From Thermoplasmata archaeon (GTDB lineage Archaea > Thermoplasmatota > Thermoplasmata > Lutacidiplasmatales > UBA184), in assembly GCA_028864975.1 (NCBI GenBank), contig JAGWLG010000013.1, positions 2,618-66,617 of the forward strand: a stretch of 64,000 bases of DNA, read 5' to 3'. A program made the position numbers and the translations under genes. Numbering within the stretch: the first letter of the stretch is position 1; every line of letters begins with the position of its first letter. Below are positions 1 through 10,300 of the stretch, piece by piece. The notes under the pieces were generated by a model. It was not told the origin of the DNA. It saw only the letters and a program-made list of their open reading frames with translations, and did no database searches.

Positions 1-1
1 T

Positions 2-397
2 TCCCGCGCCGTGGCGTTCCCCGCCGGCGGTGTGGCGCTTGAGGTCACGCTCGGAGAGACGCATGAGGGGGTGGAAGTGCATGACCCGGCCCGAGAGGAT
101 GAGGTAGCCCGCAATGGCCATCGCCAGCCCGACCACGAAGTAGACAGGGCCGTTGAGCGCTTCCCGGGTCACGAGGAACGCGGCCACCGCGAAGTAGACC
201 AGCTCGCTCATGGCCGCCCGCTGGAGCGTGAAGGCCGCGGAGAAGAAGGCGCCCGAACGTATCCCGCCGCGCCCGGTGGCGGTCCCGACCGAGTAGGCGA
301 AAGTGATCGGCCAGGTGTGCTCGTCGGGAAGGACCCCGTGGAGCATCCCCAGGGCGAAGCAACCGGCGAGGAGGTAGCCCAAGGTGTTGAGGTCCAT
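2..397 (-). CDS. Integral membrane protein, putative divalent-metal permease (N-terminal part only; gene runs off the window start)
   Basis: My own minus-strand translation from the ATG at 397-395 gives MDLNTLGYLLAGCFALGMLHGVLPDEHTWPITFAYS... It has hydrophobic helices and an HGxxPDEH motif reminiscent of NicO/RcnA-type permeases. It lies directly downstream of a DtxR-family repressor on the same strand. It is absent from the ORF track because it has no stop inside the window. Confidence 0.55.
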   Translation of the reverse strand, partial: MDLNTLGYLLAGCFALGMLHGVLPDEHTWPITFAYSVGTATGRGGIRSGAFFSAAFTLQRAAMSELVYFAVAAFLVTREALNGPVYFVVGLAMAIAGYLILSGRVMHFHPLMRLSERDLKRHTAGGERHGAG

Positions 398-399
398 GA

Positions 400-831
400 C
401 TATCGCCTTCCTCGGGCCCGGTGCTCGTGCGGGATCGTCTCCCCGTGCGGGCAGACCTCGGGATGCCCTTCGGCCTCGCAGAGCTGTTCGACGGTGCGGT
501 GCGTGAGGGCGAGGTCGACCTCCCGGGCCGCCGTGCAGCTCTCCTCGGGGGCGAGGCCCATCCGTCCGAACATCGCTTCCGCCACCCGGTGGTGCCGTTG
601 GTACTCCTCCAGGGTCGCGAGCCCCTTGGAGGTGGTCCGGGTCTTCCCGCGATAGCGGGAGACCAGCCCGTGCAGCTCGAGGGCCCCCAAGTGTTCCAGG
701 GCGGAGGGGGCGCTCACCTCGAGGACCTCCGCGACCTCCCCGAGCGGGACCCCTCGTGAGGCCGTCTCGTGGGCCGCGACCGCCTGGAGGGCGTCCACCT
801 GACGCCTCGTGAGCTTCTGCAGGGTCTCCAC
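400..831 (-). CDS. DtxR/MntR-family metal-dependent transcriptional repressor
   Basis: 143-aa ORF. It has an N-terminal wHTH (LTRRQVDALQAVAAHE...PLGEVAEVLEVSAPSALEHLGALELHGLV) and a C-terminal metal-binding/dimerisation region with His/Cys/Glu ligands (CEAEGHPEVCPHGE). Confidence 0.9.
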   Translation of the reverse strand: METLQKLTRRQVDALQAVAAHETASRGVPLGEVAEVLEVSAPSALEHLGALELHGLVSRYRGKTRTTSKGLATLEEYQRHHRVAEAMFGRMGLAPEESCTAAREVDLALTHRTVEQLCEAEGHPEVCPHGETIPHEHRARGRR

Positions 832-885
832 GGGTGGAGCACAGCGTGCCCCTACTTGAGGTGGACCCTAATTTTTTAGCCCTGG

Positions 886-1542
886 CTACTTCTTCTCCTC
901 TTCGGAGGCTCCGATCGGACGCTGGGGCTTTCGAATCAGGTGGCGCAGGACCCACCGACCGCGGGGCCTCGGCAGCTCCTCCCAGGGCCGCTCACGGACC
1001 AGTCGGTCCCAGAGCTCAGGGGTGACGCGCAGGGGACGCCGAGAGCGGCGAGGCCCCTCCCCCCACCGAGGATAGGAAGCCAGCAAGAGTCCCCCCGGCC
1101 GCAGGAGCCTCCACGCCTCCGCGAGCGCACCGGACTTGTCCACGAGGCAGCAGAGCACGAGCGAAAGCAGCACGCGGTCCGCGGAGCCGTCAGGGAAGGG
1201 CGTCCGCTCCGCGGCGCTCCCCACGTGGAACGTCACGCGGGGGTCCGAAGCGACCCGCTTCCTCGCGACCTCCAGATTCTCCTCGTCGATGTCCACGGCG
1301 AGGACCCTCCCGCCGACCCCAAGATCTCTGAGGATCTCCGGCAGGAGGAAGCCCACCCCGGTCCCCAGGTCGACCACGGTCTGGCCCGGGCGGAGACCGA
1401 GGGCTTTCAGGTCCCTGCGGGCGGGGACGAAGGTCCGCCGCAACGGATTGTCCAACGCCCAGGCCTGGCACATGCGGTCCTCTTCGACCGTGAGGAGCTC
1501 GGGCATGGGAGTCGGCAGAGCGACGCGCGCGGTGGGCTTCAA
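886..1542 (-). CDS. Class I SAM-dependent methyltransferase
   Basis: 218-aa ORF with motif I VVDLGTGVGFL, an acidic loop VLAVDID, and post-I/II motifs (LLRPGGLLL). Confidence 0.85.
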   Translation of the reverse strand: MKPTARVALPTPMPELLTVEEDRMCQAWALDNPLRRTFVPARRDLKALGLRPGQTVVDLGTGVGFLLPEILRDLGVGGRVLAVDIDEENLEVARKRVASDPRVTFHVGSAAERTPFPDGSADRVLLSLVLCCLVDKSGALAEAWRLLRPGGLLLASYPRWGEGPRRSRRPLRVTPELWDRLVRERPWEELPRPRGRWVLRHLIRKPQRPIGASEEEKK

Positions 1543-1598
1543 GGCAAGGTGCGCGCGCCCCCAGCGCAGGTTGAAAAGGGAGTGCCCCTCGCGAGGGC

Positions 1599-2348
1599 GT
1601 GGCCCCTCCTCGAGCGCACGCCCTGGTGACCGGGGCGGCTACGGGCATCGGGCGCGCGACCGCGCTCTTGCTCGCAGGACGAGGAGATGCCATCGGGGTC
1701 CACTATCGAAGCCATGAGGCCGAGGCTCGCGCGCTGGTCGACGAGATCGTGCGGGACGGAGGAGAGGCTTTCTTGGTCCGGGCGGACCTCACTCGGACCT
1801 CGGAACTGACCTCGATGGTCGAGGAGGTCTCGCGCCACTTCCCCTCCCTCGAAAGCCTCGTCTTGAACGCGGGGGAGTACCCTCGTCGCAAGCTCGCGGA
1901 CCTCTCGGAGGAGGAGTTCGAGCGGACGCTCCGCACCAACCTGTGGGCTCCCTATGCGCTGACGCGACGGCTGCTTCCGCTCCTGCGCTCCGCTTCACCT
2001 GCGCCTGCCCGATTGGTCGTGGTCAGCAGCGTCCTCGCCTTCAACGGTAGCGAACACGGGGCGGACTACGCGTCGAGCAAAGCGGGACTGCTCGGCCTGG
2101 CGCGTTCCCTGGCCCGAGAGCTCGCCCCGGACATCCTCGTGAACGTCGTGGCCCCGGGGACGATCGATACGGCCATCATGGCCCACGAGAGCGCCCAGCA
2201 GAAGGCCGAGCGGGGTCGCCGCATCCCTCTGGGGAGGATCGGGGAGGCCCGTGAGGTCGCCGAAGCCGTGGCGTTCCTGACCTCCCCTTCCGCCAGCTAC
2301 ATGACGGGGACCACGGTCCACGTGAACGGCGGGCTCCGAATGGACTGA
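1599..2348 (+). CDS. Short-chain dehydrogenase/reductase (FabG-like 3-oxoacyl reductase family)
   Basis: 249 aa. Rossmann motif TGAATGIGRA, NAG motif (LNAGEY), catalytic S...YxxxK (SSV...YASSKAG) and the PGTIDT motif. Confidence 0.9.
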   Translation: MAPPRAHALVTGAATGIGRATALLLAGRGDAIGVHYRSHEAEARALVDEIVRDGGEAFLVRADLTRTSELTSMVEEVSRHFPSLESLVLNAGEYPRRKLADLSEEEFERTLRTNLWAPYALTRRLLPLLRSASPAPARLVVVSSVLAFNGSEHGADYASSKAGLLGLARSLARELAPDILVNVVAPGTIDTAIMAHESAQQKAERGRRIPLGRIGEAREVAEAVAFLTSPSASYMTGTTVHVNGGLRMD

Positions 2349-2363
2349 CCCAAGGAAGCGAAG

Positions 2364-3476
2364 ATGAGCGTCGAGATCGTGACCCGCTGGTTCGGGGTCT
2401 ACGCGGTGGAGAACGGAAGGATCACCCTGGCGCGTCCCTTCCCGGCAGAGAAAGCGGGTCTGCTCGAGCGCTGGGCATTGCGGCGTGAAGGCCGCATCCT
2501 TCCCGACGAGGAGGCGCTCGTCCGGGAGCTCCGTGCCCAGGGGAAGAATGAACTGCTCTCCCGCGACCGGCGGCTCTCGGTCCTCGCGGTCCACCGCGCG
2601 TTCGGCCACCTCCCCGAGATCGTCCCACCGGGGGAGGGTGGACTCACGCGCGAGATGGGCCGGGGGCTCCTGCTAGAGCAGGGACGGAAGGACCTCGCCC
2701 GCGCTTGGGACCCTTCAGTGCACCTCGAGGAGGCCGTTCGGGCGCTGAGCGACCTCGATGAAACGCTCAACCTCCTCGGGGAGCGGCTCTCGAGCTGGTG
2801 GGGGAGGGAGCGGCCGGAGGAGGCGGCAGGGGAGGAGAGCCCCAGGGCGGTCTCCGAAGCCCTCCGAAAGGAGGCGGAGCACCCCTCGGAGCTCGGACCT
2901 GGATCGCTCGCCCCCGGGCCCGAGCTCTCCTCGGCCCGCCGCTCGCTCGCGGAGCTCTGGCTCCGCTCGGAAGAGGTGCGTCGCGCCTTGGAGAAGTCGG
3001 TCGAGCTGGAGGCGCCGAGAAGGTTCCCGAACCTGACGGCCCTCCTGGGGCCGCTCCTCACAGCGCGCATGCTTTCCCAGGCCGGAGGGCTCTCTCGTCT
3101 CGCGCGGATGCCGGCAAGCACCGTTCAGGTCCTTGGGGCCGAGCGGGCGTTCTTCGAACATCTGCGCGGTCGCGGTCCCCCGCCGCGGCACGGGCTGCTC
3201 TTCCTCCACCCCTCCGTGCATACCGCTCCCCGGGCCCAGCGGGGGAAGATCGCGCGCGCGCTCGCGGGGAAGGTGGCCATCGCCTCTCGACGTGACCTTG
3301 AGGGGGTGGGGGCCCTCCCCGCGCTCTCCGAGGCGTTCGAGCGACGGCTCGCGGAGATCCGAAGGCCCCGTAAGGGCGGACCGTCCTCCACCCGCGGCCC
3401 GGCCGCCGAGGGGCGCTCGGGGGGGTCGAACCCTCAGGCCCGCGCGGAGCGCCGAGGGACCGTCACTTCCACTTGA
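2364..3476 (+). CDS. nop5: Nop5 (Nop56/58) C/D-box sRNP core protein
   Basis: 370 aa. The Nop domain is recognisable (NLTALLGPLLTARMLSQAGGLSRLARMPASTVQVLGAERAFFEHL...HGLLFLHPSV...RGKIARALAGKVAIASRRD), with a central coiled-coil-like region and an Arg/Gly-rich tail. No fibrillarin gene follows. Confidence 0.9.
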   Translation: MSVEIVTRWFGVYAVENGRITLARPFPAEKAGLLERWALRREGRILPDEEALVRELRAQGKNELLSRDRRLSVLAVHRAFGHLPEIVPPGEGGLTREMGRGLLLEQGRKDLARAWDPSVHLEEAVRALSDLDETLNLLGERLSSWWGRERPEEAAGEESPRAVSEALRKEAEHPSELGPGSLAPGPELSSARRSLAELWLRSEEVRRALEKSVELEAPRRFPNLTALLGPLLTARMLSQAGGLSRLARMPASTVQVLGAERAFFEHLRGRGPPPRHGLLFLHPSVHTAPRAQRGKIARALAGKVAIASRRDLEGVGALPALSEAFERRLAEIRRPRKGGPSSTRGPAAEGRSGGSNPQARAERRGTVTST

Positions 3477-4014
3477 CGGTGCAGCCGATCACTGAGCTCG
3501 TCGGTGTGGGGACAGGACGTCCCGCGAGACCGGCGTCCAACGCCTCTCGCAGGAACCTGTGCTTCGCCTTCGAGGGCTCCTGCCAGCTGTCGTCGAGCTT
3601 CCCCTGGAAGATGAGCCGGCGGTCCTTGTCGAAGAGTAACGGATGGGGGGTGACGAGGGCCCCATACGCCCGGGCCACGCTCTGGTCCTCGTCCCGCACG
3701 TAGGGGAACGGATAGCCCTTGGCCCGAGCGCGCTCGATCATCCTGTCCATCCGGTCGTCAGGGTAGTTGACCGTCTCGTTCGGGTTGATCATGATCGTCC
3801 CGAGCCCCTTCACGGCGTAGTCGCGGACGACCTCGACGATGCGTCCCTCCCAAGCCTGGGCGTAGGGGCAGTGGTTGCAGGAGAAGACGACCAGGAGCAG
3901 CCGAGATCGGTCGAAGTCCCGGAGTCCCCATTTCTTGCCGTCGGTCCCCGGCAGGTCGCGGAACGTCGGTGCGTGGTCCCCGACGTTGAGCTTGAAAGCG
4001 TCGAGCTCGGCCAT
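3463..4014 (-). CDS. Thioredoxin-fold thiol-disulfide oxidoreductase (AhpC/TSA-redoxin-like)
   Basis: 183 aa with the CxxC-type active site FSCNHCPYA in a redoxin-like context (LLLVVFSCNHCPY...GYPFPYVRDEDQSVARAYGALVTPH). Its end overlaps the nop5 end by 14 nt (convergent genes). Confidence 0.8.
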   Translation of the reverse strand: MAELDAFKLNVGDHAPTFRDLPGTDGKKWGLRDFDRSRLLLVVFSCNHCPYAQAWEGRIVEVVRDYAVKGLGTIMINPNETVNYPDDRMDRMIERARAKGYPFPYVRDEDQSVARAYGALVTPHPLLFDKDRRLIFQGKLDDSWQEPSKAKHRFLREALDAGLAGRPVPTPTSSVIGCTVKWK

Positions 4015-4098
4015 GCACTAGCCATGAGGCCCTCTTCCTCCTTAAACTTGGGTGGAGCATCGGTCCGCCTCCGGAACTCGGACCAGAGAGGTACCACG

Positions 4099-4806
4099 AT
4101 GGAGACGCTGCTCGAGGAGCGGCCAAGGTCGGGAGAGGAGGTGATCTCCGGGGACGAGGAGCTCCTGCGACGAGGGTCGCCGGTGGTCAGGGTGGGACGT
4201 TTCCGTGAGCCCGTGGTGTCGGTCGGCGTTTCGCAGAAGGGGAGCGAGCCCTTCGTGGACCGGGCGGCCGAGGCAGGGCTCCCGGTCGTCCGAAGGGTCT
4301 CGGGAGGAGGCCCCTTGCTCCATGGCCCGGGGGACCTCTTCTGGTCGTTGGTGCTCCCCCGCGCCCACTCGCTCGCCGGAGCTGGGTTCGTCCGGAACTA
4401 CGCCCGGCTTGGGGCCGGCTGGACCACGTTCCTTGCGACACACGGGATCTCGGCGGGATGGACCTCGCCCCCGGCCTCGAACGAAGGGTACTGTCTCCTC
4501 TCCTCGCGAGGAGAGGTGCTGGCATCGGACGGGAGGGTGCTCGGAGGAGCAAGCCAGCACGTGACCCAACGTGCCCTGCTCCACCACGGGGTGGTGAATT
4601 GCGCTCTCGACCGCGACCTGCTCTCGCGGATCTTCGGCCTCCAGAGGGAGGAACTCGCTCTTCTGACGTCCTTGGAGGAGCTGGGCGTACCGTCGGACTT
4701 GGTCCAGCTCCGCACCGTAGCCCGTCACCTGACCCGAGCTTTGGAAACGCTCAAGGGCGTGGAAGGCGTTCCCGTGTCCCCCAGTGACGACAAGAGGGTC
4801 AGCTGA
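4099..4806 (+). CDS. Biotin/lipoate A/B protein ligase family protein (LplA/LipM-like)
   Basis: This is the in-frame ATG at 4099 inside track ORF 3643..4806; the upstream 152 codons overlap the opposite-strand redoxin gene and look like junk. Motif VVRRVSGGGPLLHGPGD matches the RRxSGGGAVxHD lipoate-ligase signature. Confidence 0.8.
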   Translation: METLLEERPRSGEEVISGDEELLRRGSPVVRVGRFREPVVSVGVSQKGSEPFVDRAAEAGLPVVRRVSGGGPLLHGPGDLFWSLVLPRAHSLAGAGFVRNYARLGAGWTTFLATHGISAGWTSPPASNEGYCLLSSRGEVLASDGRVLGGASQHVTQRALLHHGVVNCALDRDLLSRIFGLQREELALLTSLEELGVPSDLVQLRTVARHLTRALETLKGVEGVPVSPSDDKRVS

Positions 4807-4856
4807 GCGGGGCTCGAAGCTCCCTTGGATGACTGTTACGCTAGCGGAGGGGGAGC

Positions 4857-6176
4857 CTAGCCCAGCGAAGCTGGATGCAGGAGGGCCGAGGCGATCCGTT
4901 CGATGTTGGGCGCTTCCTTCTCCCAGTCGAGCTTGAGCAACCGCCGGGCTTCGACGACCTTCTCCCCTTGGACGTAGACCGTGTGCACGGCATCGTCCTG
5001 AGCGGAGTAGACCAGGTTGGAGACCGCGTTCTCGACCCGTGTGGGAAGGAGCGAAGGGTGCGAGAGGTCGTAGAGCACCAGGTCGGCCTTGAACCCGGGG
5101 GCGAGCTGTCCCAGGTCGCGCTCCCGTCCCAGGGCCTTGGCCGCGTCCCGGGTGGCCATGTCCAGCACCACTGGGGCGGGGAGGCTCTCCGGGTCGTGCC
5201 GCTGCTGCTTGTGGGCCAGAGCCGCGAGGTGCATCTCCCGGAGCATGGAGAGGCCGTTGTTCGAGGACGAGGAATCGGTGGCCATCGCGACGGTCGCTCC
5301 CGCTGCGCGCAGCTCCGTCACCGGGCAGATCCCTCCACCTCCCGAGGCGAGCTTCATGTTGGAGCTTGGACAGTGCGCGACGGCGACACCCTTGCGCGCG
5401 AGCAGCTCGATCTCCCGGGTGGTGAGCCACACACCATGGGCCGCCACCTGATGGCGTCCGAGGAACCCTAGGGAGTCCAACCACTCCGGGGGGCGCTTTC
5501 CGCGCTTCTTCTCGTTCTCCTGGACCTCTCCTCGCGTCTCCGAGAGGTGGTAGTGGAGGAGGACCTTCTCCCTCTCCGCGAGCTCCTTGGCCTTGAGCCA
5601 CGTATCGTCCTTGCAGGCGTAGACCCCCTGCAAGGAGACCAGGGGGGAGACCCTCTCGTGCTTCTTCCATCGCGTGATGAAGTGGGCCGCGTTCTCCACG
5701 GGGACTCCCTTCTGGGTGGTGATCTCCGGGTCGAGCACGACCCATCCGAGGAACCCCCGTATCCCGATGCGCTCGCACGCCCGCGCCACGGCGTCCTCTC
5801 CGTAGTACATGTCGAGGAACCCCGTTGTTCCGCCGAGGAGCATCTCGGCGGCCCCCAGGAGGGCCCCCGCCTCGATGTCCTCCTCGGTCCTCTTGGCGTC
5901 GACCGCGAACATCGTCTCCAGGAACTGGAAGAAGCCACGGTCGTCTGCCGTGCCCTTGAGGAGGGCGTTCGCGATGTGGGTGTGGGTGTTGACGAAGCCA
6001 GGGGCGATGAGGTACCGGTGAGCATCCAGCTCGTGGTCTGCCTTCCCCTTGATCGCCGGGGCGACCTGCTCGATCGTACCGTCGCGGAGCAGGACATCTC
6101 CGCGGAACACCTTCCGCTCGTCATCCTGCGTGACCAGGAGGGCGCCCCGAAGGGCGGTTGAGGAGTGGTCGGCCAT
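4857..6176 (-). CDS. mtaD: Amidohydrolase, 5-methylthioadenosine/S-adenosylhomocysteine deaminase family
   Basis: Metal-binding motif FVNTHTHI, plus HLSET, HGVWL and the later D of the amidohydrolase fold (ATDSSSSNN). I placed the start at ATG 6176 (MADHSS...ALLVTQDD...DVLLRDGTIEQV, a typical N-terminus). The track start at 6245 is a TTG. Confidence 0.85.
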   Translation of the reverse strand: MADHSSTALRGALLVTQDDERKVFRGDVLLRDGTIEQVAPAIKGKADHELDAHRYLIAPGFVNTHTHIANALLKGTADDRGFFQFLETMFAVDAKRTEEDIEAGALLGAAEMLLGGTTGFLDMYYGEDAVARACERIGIRGFLGWVVLDPEITTQKGVPVENAAHFITRWKKHERVSPLVSLQGVYACKDDTWLKAKELAEREKVLLHYHLSETRGEVQENEKKRGKRPPEWLDSLGFLGRHQVAAHGVWLTTREIELLARKGVAVAHCPSSNMKLASGGGGICPVTELRAAGATVAMATDSSSSNNGLSMLREMHLAALAHKQQRHDPESLPAPVVLDMATRDAAKALGRERDLGQLAPGFKADLVLYDLSHPSLLPTRVENAVSNLVYSAQDDAVHTVYVQGEKVVEARRLLKLDWEKEAPNIERIASALLHPASLG

Positions 6177-6272
6177 CGGCGGCGGGAAGGGTTGGGGGGT
6201 TTGACCGTTTCGAGTCGCTGCGAGGAGGGTCTGTCCGCCCACCAAAGCAGCTACCCACGGAGCGGGGGTCCG

Positions 6273-6674
6273 CTACGGCCGCAGGCGTTGACCCTGGCTC
6301 CCATCCGTTCCCGAGTGCGCCCATTGTCGCTCGAGTTCCGGGATGTCTGCGAGGGCACGTTGGATATCCCGGTGGAGATTGCGGTAGGTCAGGGGATCGC
6401 GGCGGCGGAAACGGTAGAAGTAGGCGGTGCCTCGGTGTAGCAAGTAGAGCCCTCGATAGCCAGGGTCGTCCTTTGACAGCCTATGGACGAGTTTGCGCAG
6501 CTCCGCCGGACCCCGGAGGGGTTCGATCTGTACATGATGGACCGGGTCGGGTGCGTCGTAGGTCGGGTCCTCGTGGAGGAGGGCCATAACGGCGAGGAAG
6601 TCATCCTGCACGGCTTCGGGAAAAGCCGCAAAGGCCGCCTGTGCCCATTCGAAGATGTGGACCCCGGGGCCCAT
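6273..6674 (-). CDS. RelE/ParE-like toxin-like protein (putative)
   Basis: 133 aa. The C-terminal half (GYRGLYLLHRGTAYFYRFRRRD) resembles the RelE/ParE core strands. Its start overlaps the stop of the upstream small gene by 1 nt. Confidence 0.5.
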   Translation of the reverse strand: MGPGVHIFEWAQAAFAAFPEAVQDDFLAVMALLHEDPTYDAPDPVHHVQIEPLRGPAELRKLVHRLSKDDPGYRGLYLLHRGTAYFYRFRRRDPLTYRNLHRDIQRALADIPELERQWAHSGTDGSQGQRLRP

Positions 6675-6913
6675 TAGCGGCGCCCCGCCAGGACGCGTGC
6701 TCGGAACTTGTCAAAGGGGACGGTGCGTGCCGCACCGGACAGGAGGGCCTCCCGGGCCCTCAACCCCTCCACGACGTCCTGGAGGTCCTCGATCCGCTCG
6801 GCCATGTCAAGAAGGAACTGGTCCCAATTCTGAGAACCGGTCTTCATCTGTTGGAGGAAGCGAATGGTCGACGCGTGCGCCGGGATGCTGGAAAGGGGGT
6901 CCTTCGTCGCCAT
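6674..6913 (-). CDS. Small antitoxin-like protein (putative partner of 6273..6674)
   Basis: 79 aa, translationally coupled to the downstream toxin-like ORF. Its N-terminus resembles that of the antitoxin at 32860..33156 (MAT...; xxxRFLQQMK vs xxARRLAELK). Confidence 0.45.
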   Translation of the reverse strand: MATKDPLSSIPAHASTIRFLQQMKTGSQNWDQFLLDMAERIEDLQDVVEGLRAREALLSGAARTVPFDKFRARVLAGRR

Positions 6914-6931
6914 GACCCTTTCATGAGGTCC

Positions 6932-6945
6932 ATGATATTAATGGA
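6932..6945 (-). promoter_or_regulatory. AT-rich TATA-like box upstream of 6674..6913
   Basis: The plus-strand sequence atgatattaatgga is an isolated AT-rich patch centred about 26 nt from the ATG at 6913. Confidence 0.4.
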
Positions 6946-7385
6946 TACGGGGATCGCACTTGCGGACCGCGAGCCTTTGGGCCGAGGAGACGGCGGCTAG
7001 GCGGCCTTCGAAAGGAGCCTACCTTCGGTGCGATCACCTCGGGCCCGCGGTTCGGTCGGAAGCACCTCGGTTCGGCGCGGGCCGAGGCGGTGTGCCTGCC
7101 CGGCTCGAGGCCGGGCGGGGGAGAACTGCTCACCGGGATCACCTGTGCTCAGAACCCTGCGTGGAGGGGGCTCAAGAGCGCTGACTACCTGAGCAGGTAG
7201 GACATTCCATCGAGGCCTGCCCTCATGCCCTTGAGCGAAAGCATCACGGAGGGAGGGCTCCTGCTCCCACCGGGAAGGGGCCTTCACGCACCTGCTCCGG
7301 CGCTGGGAGGGAGGGGCGAAAGGCTACCCGAACCCGTGAGGTGCCTCCCGAGAGGCATAAGACCTCCTCAAATCATGGGCTCGCG

Positions 7386-10300
7386 ATGTCACGCCTCGCT
7401 ATCGCCCTTGGCGCCCTCTTGTTGCTGACCCTGTCCTCCTTCGCCTCCACGAGCGTGGGCGGGACCCCTTCGACCCCGGGCCTCCCCCACGAGCCTCACG
7501 CGACCACCTCGTCCGCCGCCACGGCGGGGAGCCCCACGGTGCCGCTCGTTCCTTCGCTCTCCGCGGGCAAGCCGGTCACCGGGTGTGCCGGGTACTTCTG
7601 GGCCCCCTGGGTCAACGCGTGGTACACGAACAACTGCTACGGGCACGACGAGCCTACGTTCACCTACTGGGACACGACGCCGGGGAGCGGGGCGGACGCG
7701 AGCTGGAAGATCACCCTCCCCGCGGACGGCCCCAGCGTCGCGCAAGGGGACGCTTACGCGACGTTCTGGTTCGGCGGTGTCGTCAACGACGCCAACAGCC
7801 TGGGGGGTCAGGCGTTCCTCGAGTGGCAGTTCTATCCGCTCTCGCCGACGAGCCCCCTCGGGTCCAACGACTGCACGTCGACCGGGAGCTACAAGGGGAC
7901 CTTCACGCCGGGGGCGAACCTCTGGTTCAGTTGCATCGTCGTCTGGCAGATCGTCGGGAACAAGGAGAACGCGGCCTTCGGGGGCCCGATGGACGCGAAC
8001 TCGACCACGAACATCTTCACCTTCCACTCGGGAGACGACCTCATTGCCAACATGACCGGCGTCACGAACGGGACCACGGGTTGGACGCTCTCCGTGAAGG
8101 ACATGTCCGCGCCCCGGGACAAGACGACCGGTGCCATCCAGTGGGGTAGCACGACCCTCGTCGGCTCTGGAGGTGCGACCCTCGCCCCGTACTTCTCGGC
8201 CTCGGACAAGTGCATGTACTGGGGGGCCGACTGCGCTCCCGCCGTCGACTTCGCCTACGAGATCGGGCACACCTACGCGTCGGGCTACGGGGGGGCGACC
8301 TGCGGCCCCGCGGCGGGGAGCATCTGCGGCGGTTACGACTACGCGGCCTGGCAGGGACTCCCGGACCTCAAGCTCTCGGTCCCGGTTCTGGGCATCTCCG
8401 GGGCGGGGTCGTACCCGGTGAACTTGGGCTTCACCTCCTCGTACCCCACCGGGGCCACTCCCTACAAGGGGCTCCCGAAACCCGTCAACGCGAGCAGCTG
8501 CGGGTCCCCCACGAACACCACGTCGTGCATCTACCCGTGGTACAGCTACGAGGACTCGAACCTGTCGTACGACTTCGGGGTGGACCACGCGTGGAGGAAC
8601 TACTCGTACGGGTGGTTGAGCCAGTTCCCCTCCGCGACGAACTGGGCCAGCGAGTACCTCTCCAAGAACTGGCGCGCCCCCTGGGCGAACGTCACCGTCG
8701 CGGTCACGCCCGGGACGGCCACCGTGACCGCTTCCCCCGGGCCTATCAATCAGACCTCCTGGCCGTATGCTGGGGGCGCCATCACGACCCAGATGGTCGA
8801 GGGATGGTACTGGATCAACGTCTCGAACGTGGGGTGCACCCCCTCCTCCGCTCACTACTTCTTCGAACAGGCGAAATCGTACCTGCTCAACATCGTGCTC
8901 AACTGCGGTGCGAAGCAGAGCGTGACCTTCGGGGTCAGCCCTCAGGGCGCGGGGACCATCTACTTCAACGGGGGGCCCGAGTACCAGGGGTCCACGGCGT
9001 CCGTTTCGGCCGGGTTCTACTCGCTCTCCCAGATCGCTACCTCGGGATGGCACTTCTCCTCCTGGGCCACCACCGGGGGCGTCACCGTCTCGAACGGCGG
9101 GGTCTGGGTCAACTCCTCGGGGAGCCTCACGGCGGACTACGTCGCCTACCCGATCGTGGCCTTCACGACCAGCCCCTCGTCCTGCGGACCCATCACCTTC
9201 AACGGCACCCCCTTCGCGAGCGGGGTGAGCTGGCCCTTCTACGCCTCGGCCACGGCCTACGCCTTCTCCGTGCCCAGCTGCGCGAGCCTGACCTTCCAGG
9301 GCTGGTGGGTGACCGGCGGCCTCACGGTGGGCTCCCCCACGTCCTTGAGCACCAACGGGGTGCTCTCGGCCAACGCGACCCTCCAGGCGAACTTCACGGG
9401 TTCGCTCACCGTCCACTTCGGCCTTCTGGGCCCTCCCGGCTCCGGAGCCGTCTGGTTCAACTTCCTGCCCTACTACAACGGTCAGTCCACGGCGGTCTCC
9501 CCAGGGACCTACGCGCTGGGAGAGATCCCGAACCTGTGGTCGCACTTCGTCGCGTGGAGCTCGACCTCCGGCATCACCCTAGCTTCGGGCAGCGCCACGG
9601 TGGCCGCCTCCGGCTGGATCAACGCCACCTACGAGCTCTACCCTGCGGTCGGGTTCACGGTCCTTCCGGCCTTCTCCCCGTGCACGACCCTCGCTGTCAA
9701 CGGGACCACCTACTCCACCGGGACCAGCGGCCGTTTCTTCACTTCCCCTCCGAGCTATGCCCTGAGCGCCGCCACCTGCGGCGGGTACTCGTTCATCAAC
9801 TGGACCGGGGACGTGAACCTCACCGTCGCCGCCTCCTTCTCGGCCACGACCACCGCGAACCTCACGGGGAACGCGACGCTGACCGCGAACTATGCTCCCA
9901 CCGCCTCGACGTTCTCGATCACCTTCAACGTGAACGCTCCGAGCGAGGGGGCGATCGACTTCGGGGGTGCGCTCTTCTTCAACGGTGGAACGGCGCGGGT
10001 CGCGGCGGGGACCTACTCCCTGGGGCAGACCACGACCCCCGGATGGCACTTCGTCCAGTGGTACGCCCAGGGGAACGTGGTCGTGGGAGCTGGGAACGTG
10101 TCCGTCTCCGCCCCCACGGGCCCCGCGGGGGATGCCCTCTCCGCGAACTACACGGCCTACCCGCTCGTGAGGCTCTCCTGGACACCTTCCACGTGCGGCC
10201 CCGTCACGTTCAACGGCACCGCCGTTGCGAACGGATCGGCCTTGGGCTACTACGCGGCGCCCCCGCACGCCCCCTACTCCGCCTCGGTACCAAGCTGCGC

